Assembly (NCBI GenBank): GCA_963815655.1
Contig: CAWFHK010000001.1
Span: 1,628,903 to 1,692,902, forward strand
Direction of reading: 5' to 3'
From: an uncultured Acidobacteriota bacterium
GTDB lineage: Bacteria; Acidobacteriota; Thermoanaerobaculia; UBA5066; Gp7-AA6
Length of the DNA: 64,000 bases
Part shown: in pieces, positions 10,895-20,440 of the stretch
How the letters are laid out: each line of letters begins with the position of its first letter
Position numbering within the stretch: position 1 is the stretch's first letter
Translations under genes and position numbers: made by a program
The notes under the pieces: generated by a model
What the model saw: only the letters and a program-made list of their open reading frames with translations
The model's database searches: none
What the model was told of the DNA's origin: nothing

Positions 10895-12304
10895 ATGGTC
10901 CTCGCGGCGGCCCTCTTCTCCCTGCTCGCGCCGGCGGTCACGGCGCCTCCGGCGCCGGCGCCCACCACCGCGTTCTTCCAATCGCACCGCGAGAGGTTCC
11001 TCGCCGGCCTTCCCGACGGCGCCATGGCCGTCTTCCGCGCCCCCGCCGAGGCGCCGGCCGACACGCGCGCCGAAACGCACCGGCAGGACTCCGACTTCTG
11101 GTACCTGACCGGTTTCGAGGAGCCCGACGCGGTCGCCGTCTTCCTCCCGGCCGCCGCGAAGGAAGGGCGCTTCGTCCTGTTCGTGCGGCCCAGGGACTTC
11201 GCGGCCGAGCAGTGGACCGGCTGGCGCGCCGGGGTGGAAGGCGCGACGAAGGAGTACGGCGCCGCGCAGGCGCATCCCGTCGCCGGGTTCTGGGACAAGT
11301 TCCCCGCTCTCTCGGCGGCGGCGCAGAGCCTCTATTACGGCGCCGCGGGGGACAAGGAGTTCCAGCGGCGACTCCTCGATGCCTGGAACGCCGGCAACGC
11401 GAACGCCGTGTCCGCGCGTCCGGCCGCGGAGGCCGCGCCGATCGTCAACGCCCTGCGCCTCGTCAAGGACGCCGTCGAAGAGGACCTCATGAGAGAGGCC
11501 GGCCGCATCTCGGCCGACGCGCACATCGCGGCGATGGCACGGGTCGCTCCCGGGCGGCACGAGTACGACCTGAAGGCCGCGATGGTCGGAGTCTGCCTCT
11601 CCCGCGGAGCGGCCCGCCTGGCGTATCCGTCCATCGTCGGGTCCGGCAGGAACTCGGTCATCCTGCATTACGAGCGCGACGACAAGACGCTCGAGGACGG
11701 GGAGATGATCGTCAACGACACCGGCTGCGAGTACTCCATGTATGCCGCGGACGTGACGAGAAGCTATCCCGTCTCCGGCCGGTTCTCCCCCGAGCAGAGG
11801 AAGATCTACGAGATCGTGCTCGCCGCCCAGAAGGCGGGATTCGCCCTTGTCCGTCCCGGGACGCCGTTCAAGGAGGTCTTCAACGCCACGGTCGAGGTCG
11901 TCGTGGACGGCCTCCTCGGCCTCGGCATCCTCTCGGGCAAGCGCGAGGAGATCATCAAGACGCGCGCCTACCAGAAGTTCTATCCCCACGGATCGAGCCA
12001 CTGGATCGGACTGAACGTCCACGACGTCGGCAGCTACGGCCTCCCGGCCGGCGCGGCGCGCGCCGACCGCTACACGAAGGCCGAGATCCGCCTCGTGCCC
12101 GGAATGGCGCTCACCGTCGAGCCCGGCATCTACATCCCGGAGCGCTCAACGGCGGACCCGAAGTGGTGGAACATCGGCGCGCGCATCGAGGACACCGTCC
12201 TCGTCACTCCCCAGGGAATGGAATGCCTCTCCTGCCGCGCCCCCAAGGAGATCGCCGACGTCGAGAAGGCGATTGCCGAAGGGCGCGCGGCGAATTCACG
12301 GTAG
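10895..12304 (+). CDS. pepP: Xaa-Pro aminopeptidase (M24B) with signal peptide
   Basis: RQDSDFWYLTG, ILHY, YAADVTR, HWIGLNVHD, TVEPGIY, RIEDTV. AAGGAG SD. Confidence 0.9.
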   Translation: MVLAAALFSLLAPAVTAPPAPAPTTAFFQSHRERFLAGLPDGAMAVFRAPAEAPADTRAETHRQDSDFWYLTGFEEPDAVAVFLPAAAKEGRFVLFVRPRDFAAEQWTGWRAGVEGATKEYGAAQAHPVAGFWDKFPALSAAAQSLYYGAAGDKEFQRRLLDAWNAGNANAVSARPAAEAAPIVNALRLVKDAVEEDLMREAGRISADAHIAAMARVAPGRHEYDLKAAMVGVCLSRGAARLAYPSIVGSGRNSVILHYERDDKTLEDGEMIVNDTGCEYSMYAADVTRSYPVSGRFSPEQRKIYEIVLAAQKAGFALVRPGTPFKEVFNATVEVVVDGLLGLGILSGKREEIIKTRAYQKFYPHGSSHWIGLNVHDVGSYGLPAGAARADRYTKAEIRLVPGMALTVEPGIYIPERSTADPKWWNIGARIEDTVLVTPQGMECLSCRAPKEIADVEKAIAEGRAANSR

Positions 12305-12358
12305 ATCGTCGTAACAAGAAGATCACAAATCCTCGCTGTCAGGACGCGTGTTCCATCG

Positions 12359-12728
12359 GAATCCGCCCTGGGGGCGGGCCGCCTCCCTCGTCGCACGCGA
12401 CGGCCCTGCCGTGATAGGAGAACCGGGCCGTCGCTTGTCGTTCGGTCGCATTCGAAGCGAGGCGATTGTTGTTCTGTGGTGCGCTCCCTCTCTCACGCTC
12501 CTCCGGGAGGCGGCCCGCCCCCGGGGCTTCACTCCAGCTTAAGCCAGAAGTGAGAGCCGCGGAGCCGGCGGCGTTTCACGGAGTCGGTGATGGGTGACGA
12601 GCATGGAAGGGTTCAACTGGCGCCACGGTGACGCTGCGAGGAACCCTCAGCGCCGGCCGGTTCTCCCCGTAACGGCAGGCCGGCGCGTGCCGACGCAGGG
12701 AAATGCCGACGGCTCCGGGGCGAGTTTC
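12359..12728 (+). repeat. Dispersed fold-back element family 1, copy B
   Basis: Homologous to copy A. The ~75-80 nt 5' arm is imperfectly complementary to the 3' arm. Confidence 0.88.
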
Positions 12729-12760
12729 CCGCCGCAATCCCTTCGAGGGTTAGGGACTGG

Positions 12761-14797
12761 TTACTTGATTGCGGCGTCCCACTCGGCGGCGCCGCGGGCG
12801 AGAACCGCGGGCAGGTCCTCGGGGAGGAGGAAGCGCTCCTCGACCTGAGAGAGCGCCGCTTCCGTGAAAAGACCGAGGTAACGCTCGCGGGAGCCGTAGC
12901 GCTCCTCCAGCGAGAGCCGCGGATCGGAGGTCTTCTCCCGCTCCGCGCGCGTCTTTTCGAAAGGGACGTAGGAGCCGATGAAGCTGACACGCTCGCCGGC
13001 GAGGCCCGTCTTCGGGTCGCGCAGGTTCCAGCCCGTGTCCGTCGCGACGGGGACAGCCATCTCGGCGATGCGCACGCCCGAGACGTCGTTGCCGTCGGCG
13101 TCCACGCGCGGGACAAGAGTGACGAACGGCTTCCCGACGCGCGGCGGCTCGAGCGAGACGATCCCTTCGTTCCAGCGCGGCCCGTAATCCATCCGGAACG
13201 CCTCGTGGGCGCGCGCGGGAGGAGAGAGCCCGGGAATCGCCGGAAACGCGAGCCTCGAAGGGAGAACGAGCGTCCCGTCCGCGACGCGCGGGTACCGGCT
13301 CTCCGGCGGCGCGATCCCGTCCCGCACCCACGCTTCCATGTCGTCGAAGAAGGCCCGCCACAGCCACGCGATCGGGTTGGGGTTCTGCGGGTGGGTCCCG
13401 AAGAGGCCCCGGGAGGGCCCCGCCGCTGGGGGGAACGGCCCGCTGAAGTGCTGCAGCCCGGCGAGGAAATAGACGCGGACTTCTTCCGGGATCGGGGCGT
13501 CGCTCGCGCCGTCCGGCGAGGTCGTGACGAGCGACGCGGCGCGGCCCCAGTACTCGTACGACGTGTTCGTCGTGAAGATCTTCGGCACGACGCGGTCGGC
13601 GCGGGCCCGGTCGAGGAGGCCGGCCGCGCGGCCGGTCTCCGGGTCCGTCTCCGGCAGGTCGGTGAACGGAAAGAGGTCGGTCGGATAGAAGAGCGCCGAC
13701 ACCGGCTGCGCGTCCCGTGAGGCCTGGGCGAAGCGGTGATTGAAGCTCCCGACTCCCGCGCCGGCGACGTGGATGAAGAGGCCGTCGAAGACGCGCCGCC
13801 CCTCCTCGTCGGCGTTGAACCCCTGCGCGAGGAAGTGCCGCAGGAACCGGCCCGACTGCGAAATTCCGAGGCCGTACACGCGCCGCGCCGGCGCGACGGC
13901 CTCGGGGTCCTGTTTGAAATACGAGGCGGCGTCCCGGACCGCGGCGAGCCCGAGCCCCGCCACGACCGGGTCGCGCGCGACATAGGCGACCTCGTAGATC
14001 TTCCCGGGCCGGAATCCTCCCGAGAGCCAGACCGAGCGGGCGTCGGGGACCGGGGCGCCCTTCTCTTCGCGCGCGAAGCGCCAGTTCCTGCGCGGCACGA
14101 CGCGCCGCCGCGCGAGCGGAGATTCCCGCTCGGTCAGGACGTTCTTCGGGCTGTCCGGCTCGGCAGCCGGATAGCCCGTCCCGCCGATGTTGCCGACGAT
14201 GACGTGGCCGAGCGGATGGGACGCCGCCGGAGCGTCCACGACGAAGTCCGCCCGGACGAGGCCGGTGATCGGCTTCCCGTTCTCCTGCGCGACGGGGGCT
14301 TCGAGGCGCAGCCGCCCGGGAAAGTCGCGCACGTCCCACTGCCAGCCGACCCACGCGATCGTCGCGCCGCGGCGCATCAGGAAGCCGTCGCCCAGCTCTT
14401 CCGCCGTCGCGGGATCCGTCGAGCCGCGCCCCCGGTTCATCAGCGCGAGGACTCCCTTCCCGCCGCGGTTGGGCACCTCGAGGAGGAGCGTGCCGCTGCC
14501 GCGCGCCGGGTCCTTCGGCCGGATCACGAAGAAGTCCGCGGAGAACTCCACCTCCCCCTTCGCGTTGGCCGGCGCGAGCGCGAGGTCCACGATCGCGCGG
14601 TCATGCGGGTTCTCCGGCCGGACCGCGAAGAACATCACGCCCGACACCTTCTCGTAGGGACCCGCGAGCCCGAACGCCTTCCCGCCGAGCAGATCCGACC
14701 GCGACCGCACCTCCACCCGGACGACCCGTCCAAGCGCCGGCCCTGCCGCCGGCAGCAGCCCGAGAAGAAGCACCGCGCGGAAAAGACGTCTCGTCAT
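12761..14797 (-). CDS. Secreted alpha/beta hydrolase domain-containing protein
   Basis: Signal peptide, EVPNRG, nucleophile elbow GISQSGRFL, NTSYEYW, VPRVDADGN. Confidence 0.75.
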   Translation of the reverse strand: MTRRLFRAVLLLGLLPAAGPALGRVVRVEVRSRSDLLGGKAFGLAGPYEKVSGVMFFAVRPENPHDRAIVDLALAPANAKGEVEFSADFFVIRPKDPARGSGTLLLEVPNRGGKGVLALMNRGRGSTDPATAEELGDGFLMRRGATIAWVGWQWDVRDFPGRLRLEAPVAQENGKPITGLVRADFVVDAPAASHPLGHVIVGNIGGTGYPAAEPDSPKNVLTERESPLARRRVVPRRNWRFAREEKGAPVPDARSVWLSGGFRPGKIYEVAYVARDPVVAGLGLAAVRDAASYFKQDPEAVAPARRVYGLGISQSGRFLRHFLAQGFNADEEGRRVFDGLFIHVAGAGVGSFNHRFAQASRDAQPVSALFYPTDLFPFTDLPETDPETGRAAGLLDRARADRVVPKIFTTNTSYEYWGRAASLVTTSPDGASDAPIPEEVRVYFLAGLQHFSGPFPPAAGPSRGLFGTHPQNPNPIAWLWRAFFDDMEAWVRDGIAPPESRYPRVADGTLVLPSRLAFPAIPGLSPPARAHEAFRMDYGPRWNEGIVSLEPPRVGKPFVTLVPRVDADGNDVSGVRIAEMAVPVATDTGWNLRDPKTGLAGERVSFIGSYVPFEKTRAEREKTSDPRLSLEERYGSRERYLGLFTEAALSQVEERFLLPEDLPAVLARGAAEWDAAIK

Positions 14798-14829
14798 CCG
14801 CTCAGGCTAACCCAGGTGCCGCGCAGGCG

Positions 14830-15328
14830 CGGAGCGACGGGAGTAGATCCCTCGCTTCGCTCGGGATGACAGGAGTGGACGCTCGGGATGACAGGAGTGG
14901 ACGCTCGGAATGACAGGGGGTACAGGTTCCCTCGACGCATCCTGAGCGAGGCATTCTGGAGACCCGCCGGGATCTTGCCGGCGCTCGCGGCGCGAGGAGT
15001 CTCCCGAGTAACCGAAGGGAGGAGCCTCGCGCCACGGGACCGGAGCGACGAGAGTAGATCCCTCGCTTCGCTCGGGATGACAGGGAGTGGGCGCTCGGGA
15101 TGACAGGGAGTGGGCGCTCGGGATGACAGGGAGTGGGCGCTCGGGATGACAGGGAGTGGGCGCTCGGGATGACAGGAGTGGACGCTCGGGATGACAGGAG
15201 GGAGAGGTTCCCTCGACGCATCCTGAGCGAGGCATTCTGGAGGCCCGCCGGGATCTTGCCGGCGCTCGCGGCGCGAGGAGTCTCCCGAGTAACCGAAGGG
15301 AGGAGCCTCGCGCCGCGGGAGCGGAGCG
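14830..15328 (+). repeat. Composite tandem repeat: two units, each with an AGATCCCTCGCTTCGCTCGGGATGAC REP-like palindrome, 22/23-bp tandem copies (3 and 6) and a family 2 hairpin
   Basis: Units 14830-15040 and 15041-15328. Subrepeat cgctcgggatgacag(g)gagtgg(a/g). Confidence 0.92.
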
Positions 15329-15446
15329 CTTGCGCGGGAGCAGGCGGGCGGTCGAGGCCGCATCCGGCCGAGCCGCCCGCCGGTGCGCCCGGAGGGCGCA
15401 GCTCCCGCGCAAGCGCGGAGCGACGGTGCTATAGGCTTTCGCGCTC

Positions 15447-16967
15447 ATGGCGGCGGCACCCCCTCCCCGCTTCGATCCGGCGCGCCGCCGCGCGGTCACG
15501 ACGGCGCTCGTGCTCGTGACGGCTCTCGCCTCTTTCGAGTCCACCGTGGTCTCGACCGCGATGCCGACGATCATCGGAGACCTCGGAGGCCTTCCGCTCT
15601 ACGCCTGGGTCTTCTCGATCTATCTGCTGACCTCGACGGTCGCGATGCCCGTCTATGGGCGCCTCGCGGACATCCACGGGCGCCGCCGCTTGATGCTCGT
15701 CGCGATCGCGGTCTTCCTGGCCGGCGCGGTGACCTGCGCCTTCGCCCGATCCATGCCGCAGTTGATCGCCGCGCGCGCGATGCAGGGACTGGGCGCCGCG
15801 GGACTGATCCCCGTGGCGCTCACGGTCTCGGCCGACCTGTATTCGCTCGAGGAGCGGGCCCGCATCCAGGGGCTCTTCTCGAGTGTCTGGGGATTCGCCG
15901 CGCTCGTCGGGCCTCTGATCGGCGCGTTTCTCACGATGCGCTTCGGCTGGAGGTCCATCTTCTCGATCAACATTCCCCTCGGCGCAATCGCCTTCTACCT
16001 CGTCGCGACGCGCATGATCGAGTCGCGCGCCTCGCTGCCGGATCCCGTGGACGTGGCGGGAGCGTCCACCCTGGCCATCGGCGTCTCGCTCGTCCTGTTC
16101 GCCGTCCTGAGGGCGCCCGGCTCGGGCGGAACGACCGCGATCGTCCGGGTCGCTCTTCTGTCGGCCGGGGCGGCCTCGCTCGCGGTCTTCGCGCGGCTTC
16201 AGACCCGCCGCGCGCACCCGCTCGTGCCTCCGGAGCTCTTCCGCCGCTGGCAGACGGCGTCTCCGTATCTCGCCGGAGTCCTCCTCGGCACGACCATCTT
16301 CGGCGTGGACACCTTCGTCCCCCTCTTCGTGCAGGGGGCGCGCGGCGGCACCGCCGGAGCCGCGGGAGCCGTCGTCACGCCGCTCATCTTCTTCTGGGCC
16401 ACTTCCGTCGCCGTCGCGGGCCGGCTCATCCTGCGGTTCGGCTTCCGCCGCACGGCGCGCCTCGGGGCCGTGCTCGTCCTCGCCGGGCTGGCGGGCCTCG
16501 TGGCCGGCGCCCTCGCCAACGCGAGCGTGGCCTGGATCAGCGCGGCCTGCGCGGTCGTGGGCGCGGGGCTCGGCCCCTCCTCGCTCTCCCAGGTGCTCGC
16601 GATCCAGCACGTGGCGCCGGAGCACCAGCGGGGCGTCGCGATCAGCCTCGTCCCCTTCTTCCGCGCCGTCGGCGGATCGATCGGCGTCGGCGCCCTGGGA
16701 GGGGTCTTCGCCGCGGGCGCCGCGGCGCGCCTGGGAAGCGGGATGGAGGCCGCGAGCCGGTTGCTCGCGGGGCAGCGCGCGGCGGGCGCGGCGGGAACGC
16801 CGGCGGTCGCGCCCGGCGCCTTCCGTCACGCGATCGAGAGATCGCTCCTGCCGGTCTTCGCCGTGCTCCTCGCCCTCGCGGCCCTGAACCTCTTCCTCGC
16901 CTCCCGGTTCCCGGAAACAACGGACCCTGCCGGGGTTGTTTCCAACCCGGCCGACACCCCGGTCTAG
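15447..16967 (+). CDS. MFS drug/H+ antiporter (DHA2-like)
   Basis: ESTVVSTAMPTI, GRLADIHGRR, ARAMQGLG, WRSIFSINIPLG, many TM segments. Confidence 0.92.
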   Translation: MAAAPPPRFDPARRRAVTTALVLVTALASFESTVVSTAMPTIIGDLGGLPLYAWVFSIYLLTSTVAMPVYGRLADIHGRRRLMLVAIAVFLAGAVTCAFARSMPQLIAARAMQGLGAAGLIPVALTVSADLYSLEERARIQGLFSSVWGFAALVGPLIGAFLTMRFGWRSIFSINIPLGAIAFYLVATRMIESRASLPDPVDVAGASTLAIGVSLVLFAVLRAPGSGGTTAIVRVALLSAGAASLAVFARLQTRRAHPLVPPELFRRWQTASPYLAGVLLGTTIFGVDTFVPLFVQGARGGTAGAAGAVVTPLIFFWATSVAVAGRLILRFGFRRTARLGAVLVLAGLAGLVAGALANASVAWISAACAVVGAGLGPSSLSQVLAIQHVAPEHQRGVAISLVPFFRAVGGSIGVGALGGVFAAGAAARLGSGMEAASRLLAGQRAAGAAGTPAVAPGAFRHAIERSLLPVFAVLLALAALNLFLASRFPETTDPAGVVSNPADTPV

Positions 16968-16968
16968 T

Positions 16969-17030
16969 CGGCGTTCGGCGTTCGGCGTTCGGCGTTCGGC
17001 GTTCGGCGTTCGGCGGGAACCGTGAACCGT
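16969..17030. repeat. Heptamer tandem repeat (CGGCGTT)6 followed by (GAACCGT)2
   Basis: Read directly, immediately after the MFS stop codon. Confidence 0.9.
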
Positions 17031-17177
17031 TATCCTCTCCTCAAGGCCGACGACGGCAATGCCGGGGGCATCGCAGAGGAGGCCTGACGAAGTCTCCGGC
17101 GGAAAAGATCCGCAGGACGGCCGGAGTCGTTCGGGAATCATGCGCGCTAGAATACCGCGCAAGAAGTGGAGGACCGT

Positions 17178-17591
17178 GTGAGACGAAAGACGAAGAACGC
17201 CCTGAGACTCTCCGCCCAGCACGCCGGGATGGCGCTGCAGATGCTCGTCGCGGAAGGGAAGATCGCGGCCGGCGACGTGGCCAGAGCCCTGAAGAACCGC
17301 GAGAAGATGATCAAGGAGTTGCGCGAGAGGCTCGCCGCGCTGGAGACCGCGGCGCGGCCGGTGGCCCGCAGGCTCGCCTCCGCCGGCCGCAAGGCCGCGC
17401 GCCGCGCCGCGCCCCGGGCCCGCAAGGCCATTACCCGGGCCCAGCGTGTCGCGCGCCAGGCGCAGGGCCGCTACATGGCTGCCGTCCGCCGCCTTTCGCA
17501 GGACGCCCGGGTCAAGATCCAGGAGATCCGCAAGGAGTCCGGCGTCGACGCGGCCATCAAGGCCGCGCGGAAGATGGCGGCCGGGAAATAG
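17178..17591 (+). CDS. Small very basic helical hypothetical protein
   Basis: GGAGG SD plus GTG. Coiled-coil segment and R/K/A-rich linker. High-GC3 codon usage. Confidence 0.75.
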   Translation: MRRKTKNALRLSAQHAGMALQMLVAEGKIAAGDVARALKNREKMIKELRERLAALETAARPVARRLASAGRKAARRAAPRARKAITRAQRVARQAQGRYMAAVRRLSQDARVKIQEIRKESGVDAAIKAARKMAAGK

Positions 17592-17605
17592 GCGGATCGC
17601 CGCGC

Positions 17606-17977
17606 TTGCGGAGCGGGGCGGCGAAATCCCCCGCGGCCGCCCATCAACGCATCTACTCGGTGGTCCGCCGGATCCCGCGCGGCCGCGTGGCCACCTACGG
17701 GCAGGTCGCGCACCTGGCGAACCTGCCCGGCCACGCGCGCCTGGTCGGTTACGCGCTGAGCGCGTTGGACGACGGGAGCCGGATTCCGTGGCACCGCGTG
17801 ATCAACGCGAGCGGCCGGATCAGTCCCCGCCGGGATGAAGGGCCGGAGGCGATCCTCCAGCGCCTCCGCCTCGAACGGGAGCGGGTCGTGTTCGACGCTC
17901 GGGGCGGTATCCCGCTCGACCTTTTCCGCTGGCGCCCCCGGTCCTCGAGCGCCCGGAAGAACCCGGGCCGCGAATAA
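17606..17977 (+). CDS. Alkyltransferase-like protein (MGMT family, Atl/YbaZ type)
   Basis: IPRGRVATYGQVA, ARLVGYAL, PWHRV (Trp in place of the catalytic Cys). Lies at the 3' end of track ORF 15383..17977; start uncertain. Confidence 0.88.
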   Translation: MRSGAAKSPAAAHQRIYSVVRRIPRGRVATYGQVAHLANLPGHARLVGYALSALDDGSRIPWHRVINASGRISPRRDEGPEAILQRLRLERERVVFDARGGIPLDLFRWRPRSSSARKNPGRE

Positions 17978-18068
17978 CTCCGTCCCCCCCGAAACAGTCG
18001 CCGCGCGCGCCCGTATGTGACGCAGAGCCGGACGGCACATCTCCTGCCGCCGGCCTGGAGGTTTGCGT

Positions 18069-19217
18069 ATGGCACGCCGCGTTCGTCTCGGTCTCCTGTC
18101 GCTCGTCCCTCTCTTCGGCCTCTCCGTCCCGGTCCTCGGGGTCACGGGCCTGACACTGCCCCCGAGCGGAGAGAATCCCCAGGCTTCCGTCACGCAGGCG
18201 ATCGGGCCGGTCCGGGTCACGGTCGATTACTCGAGCCCGCGGGTCGTGCGCGGAAAGAACGACCGCCGGGGCAAGATCTGGGGCGAGCTCGTCCCCTGGG
18301 GGATGTCCGACCTCGGCTTCAACGGGTGCGCGAGCTGCCCGTGGCGAGCCGGCGCGAACGAGAACACGACCTTCACCGTGACCCGCGCCGTGAAGGTCCA
18401 GGGACAGCCGCTCGCGGCCGGGACGTACGGGCTCCACATGATCCCGGGTCAGGACGAATGGACCGTCATCTTCTCGAAGGACGCGAGCAACTGGGGAAGC
18501 TTCTGGTACGACCCGAAGGACGACGCGCTGCGCGTCAAGACGAAGGCGGACAAGAGCGAGTACCACGAGTGGCTGACGTACGAGTTCACCGAGCGCGAGC
18601 CCGCAAAGGCGACGCTGGCCCTGAAGTGGGAAGAGCTGCAGGTGCCCCTGTCGATCTCCGTCGACAACGTCAACGAGCTCTGGGTCGACGGCCTGCGCAC
18701 GGAGCTGCGCGGTTCCGCGGGGTTCAACTGGCAGAACTGGCAGCAGGCAGCGAATTTCTGCGCGCAGAACAACGTCGCTCTGGCCGAGGGGCTGAAGTGG
18801 GCCGAAAGAGCGGTGTCGGATCCGACGTGGTCGGGCGGCCAGGAGAATTTCACGACCCTCGCGACGCTTTCGCGCCTTCAGGCCTTGAACGGCAAGATGG
18901 AGGAGTCGGCGAAGACGTTCGACAGGGCGCTCAACGACCCGTCCGCCCAGCCGGTGCAGATCCACATGGCCGCGCGGCAGCTCATAGCCTCGGGAGACAA
19001 GGAACGGGCGATGCGGGTCTTCCAGTTCAACGCGAAGCGTTTCCCCAACCGGTGGCCCGTCCACGTCGGGCTCATGCGGGGCTATGCGGCGATGGGCGAC
19101 AGGAAGAAAGCCCTCACCGAAGCGAAGCTCGCCGTCGCGCAGTCGCCGGATGCGGCGAACAGGAAGAACCTCGAGGGACTCATCAAGCAGCTCGAGGAGG
19201 GCAAGGACATCAACTGA
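18069..19217 (+). CDS. DUF2911-like secreted protein with C-terminal TPR-like helices
   Basis: VDYSSPRV, IWGELVPWG, WRAGANENT, LAAGTYGL. Signal peptide. Confidence 0.85.
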   Translation: MARRVRLGLLSLVPLFGLSVPVLGVTGLTLPPSGENPQASVTQAIGPVRVTVDYSSPRVVRGKNDRRGKIWGELVPWGMSDLGFNGCASCPWRAGANENTTFTVTRAVKVQGQPLAAGTYGLHMIPGQDEWTVIFSKDASNWGSFWYDPKDDALRVKTKADKSEYHEWLTYEFTEREPAKATLALKWEELQVPLSISVDNVNELWVDGLRTELRGSAGFNWQNWQQAANFCAQNNVALAEGLKWAERAVSDPTWSGGQENFTTLATLSRLQALNGKMEESAKTFDRALNDPSAQPVQIHMAARQLIASGDKERAMRVFQFNAKRFPNRWPVHVGLMRGYAAMGDRKKALTEAKLAVAQSPDAANRKNLEGLIKQLEEGKDIN

Positions 19218-19275
19218 GGCCCGCGGAGCTCCGGAGGATTTCGCGAGAGGCGGTACACTCGCGCCGCCTCTCGCG

Positions 19276-19606
19276 ATGAAGAAACTCCTCTGGATCGTCG
19301 TTCTGGCCGGCGCCGCCGTGCTCGGCTACCGCTGGTTTACCGGCTGGCGCGCCGTCGGCGCCTACAAGAGCTTCGCCGAGGCGTGGACGCACGACGACTG
19401 GGTCAAGGCCCGGGAACACGCTTCGGCACCAGCTCGAGGTGAAGCAGACGATCTTCTTCGACCCGGCCGGAGTGACGAGCGCGATCGGCGGCGCGATGGC
19501 GACCCACATCCACCATTCGGCGACGGTTCGCGAGACCGGCCAGGGATGGAAGGTCGCGGCGTTCGAGCCGACATACCTCGACATGGGAACGCTCCGCCGC
19601 CGCTAG
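19276..19606 (+). pseudogene. Membrane-anchored hypothetical protein, frameshifted or internally deleted near 19425
   Basis: MKKLLWIVVLAG...KAREHAS continues sensibly only in another frame (QLEVKQTIFFDPAG...WKVAAFEPTYLDMGTLRRR*). Confidence 0.6.
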
Positions 19607-19614
19607 CCTGATCT

Positions 19615-19922
19615 CTCAACACGTTGTTCCCATGATGTGCGCGATGTCGGCGTGTGGAGGGCGACGGCCTCAGCGCATCCGAGACTTCCGCTGACGACCC
19701 CGTCCCGCCGCCGGGGCTGAAGCGCGGCTCGAACAGGCACTGTGCAGCCCGGAGACGACGGCGTTGCCCGGCAGCGGTCCTGTCCGAGGGCACACAACGG
19801 ACAATTGGGTCAGCGAGGCTGCTTCTGTGCCCTCGGACCGGAGCGGCGGCCAGGAGATTCTTGGTGCGGCACGGCCGCCGCGTGCCGCAGAGGGCAACGA
19901 CGGTGGCTCCGGGCGGATTCTC
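19615..19922 (+). repeat. Dispersed fold-back element family 1, copy C (internally deleted relative to D)
   Basis: Shares ctcaacacg.tgttcccat, gtcccgccgccggggctgaagc, gtccgagggcacaca...tgtgccctcggaccggagcggcggc and ggcggattctc with 35993-36447. Confidence 0.88.
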
Positions 19923-20021
19923 CGCGACGATCACCGACGAGGACGCCGGAGTGGGAACAACGTCTCGAGAACAAACAGCGAGACGGGGAGAGAACGCGCG
20001 CCTCGCGGGAGGCGCTCACGG

Positions 20022-20336
20022 TCAGTCGGAGTCGGTGGAGGTCTCGGCGACCTCGTTGCCGACGGCGCGCACGAGAGCCTCGACGGCCGTGTCCTCGAGG
20101 CCCTTGGGGCCGAAGCCGCGCCTGGCAAACTCGACCCAATCGCCGTTCGCCTCCACCTGGAGCGCCAGCAGCCGCGCCTTTCCCTTCCAGAAGATCCGCA
20201 CCGACACGTTCGGCGAGATGAAGACGGCCAGCCGGTCCCCCGTGGAGTCGGGAGGCCTCTCCTCTCCCGAAATCGTGTACCCCTTCTGCTGAAGGGCCGA
20301 GCCGATGCGATCAAAGGCGGCGTCGAGGGTCAACAT
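20022..20336 (-). CDS. Hypothetical protein (about 104 aa)
   Basis: MLTLDAAFDRIGSALQQKGY... globular-looking composition and typical codon bias. Confidence 0.7.
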   Translation of the reverse strand: MLTLDAAFDRIGSALQQKGYTISGEERPPDSTGDRLAVFISPNVSVRIFWKGKARLLALQVEANGDWVEFARRGFGPKGLEDTAVEALVRAVGNEVAETSTDSD

Positions 20337-20440
20337 CTCGGACCTCGCTCTCGTTCCCCTGCATTCTATTGTCCCAGGCCGGTGGAAGGCCAACGGCCAG
20401 CCCCGTCTCTCTGCGGCCGGGGCGGGACGCGGGCGAGCCG

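Noticed and set aside
14830-15328. Possible CRISPR array
   Set aside because: The intervening sequences are about 10 nt and near-identical rather than unique spacers, and no cas genes are present.
14794-15574. ORFs with repeated CHPER/VIPSA peptides
   Set aside because: They are translations of the non-coding tandem repeat in all three frames.
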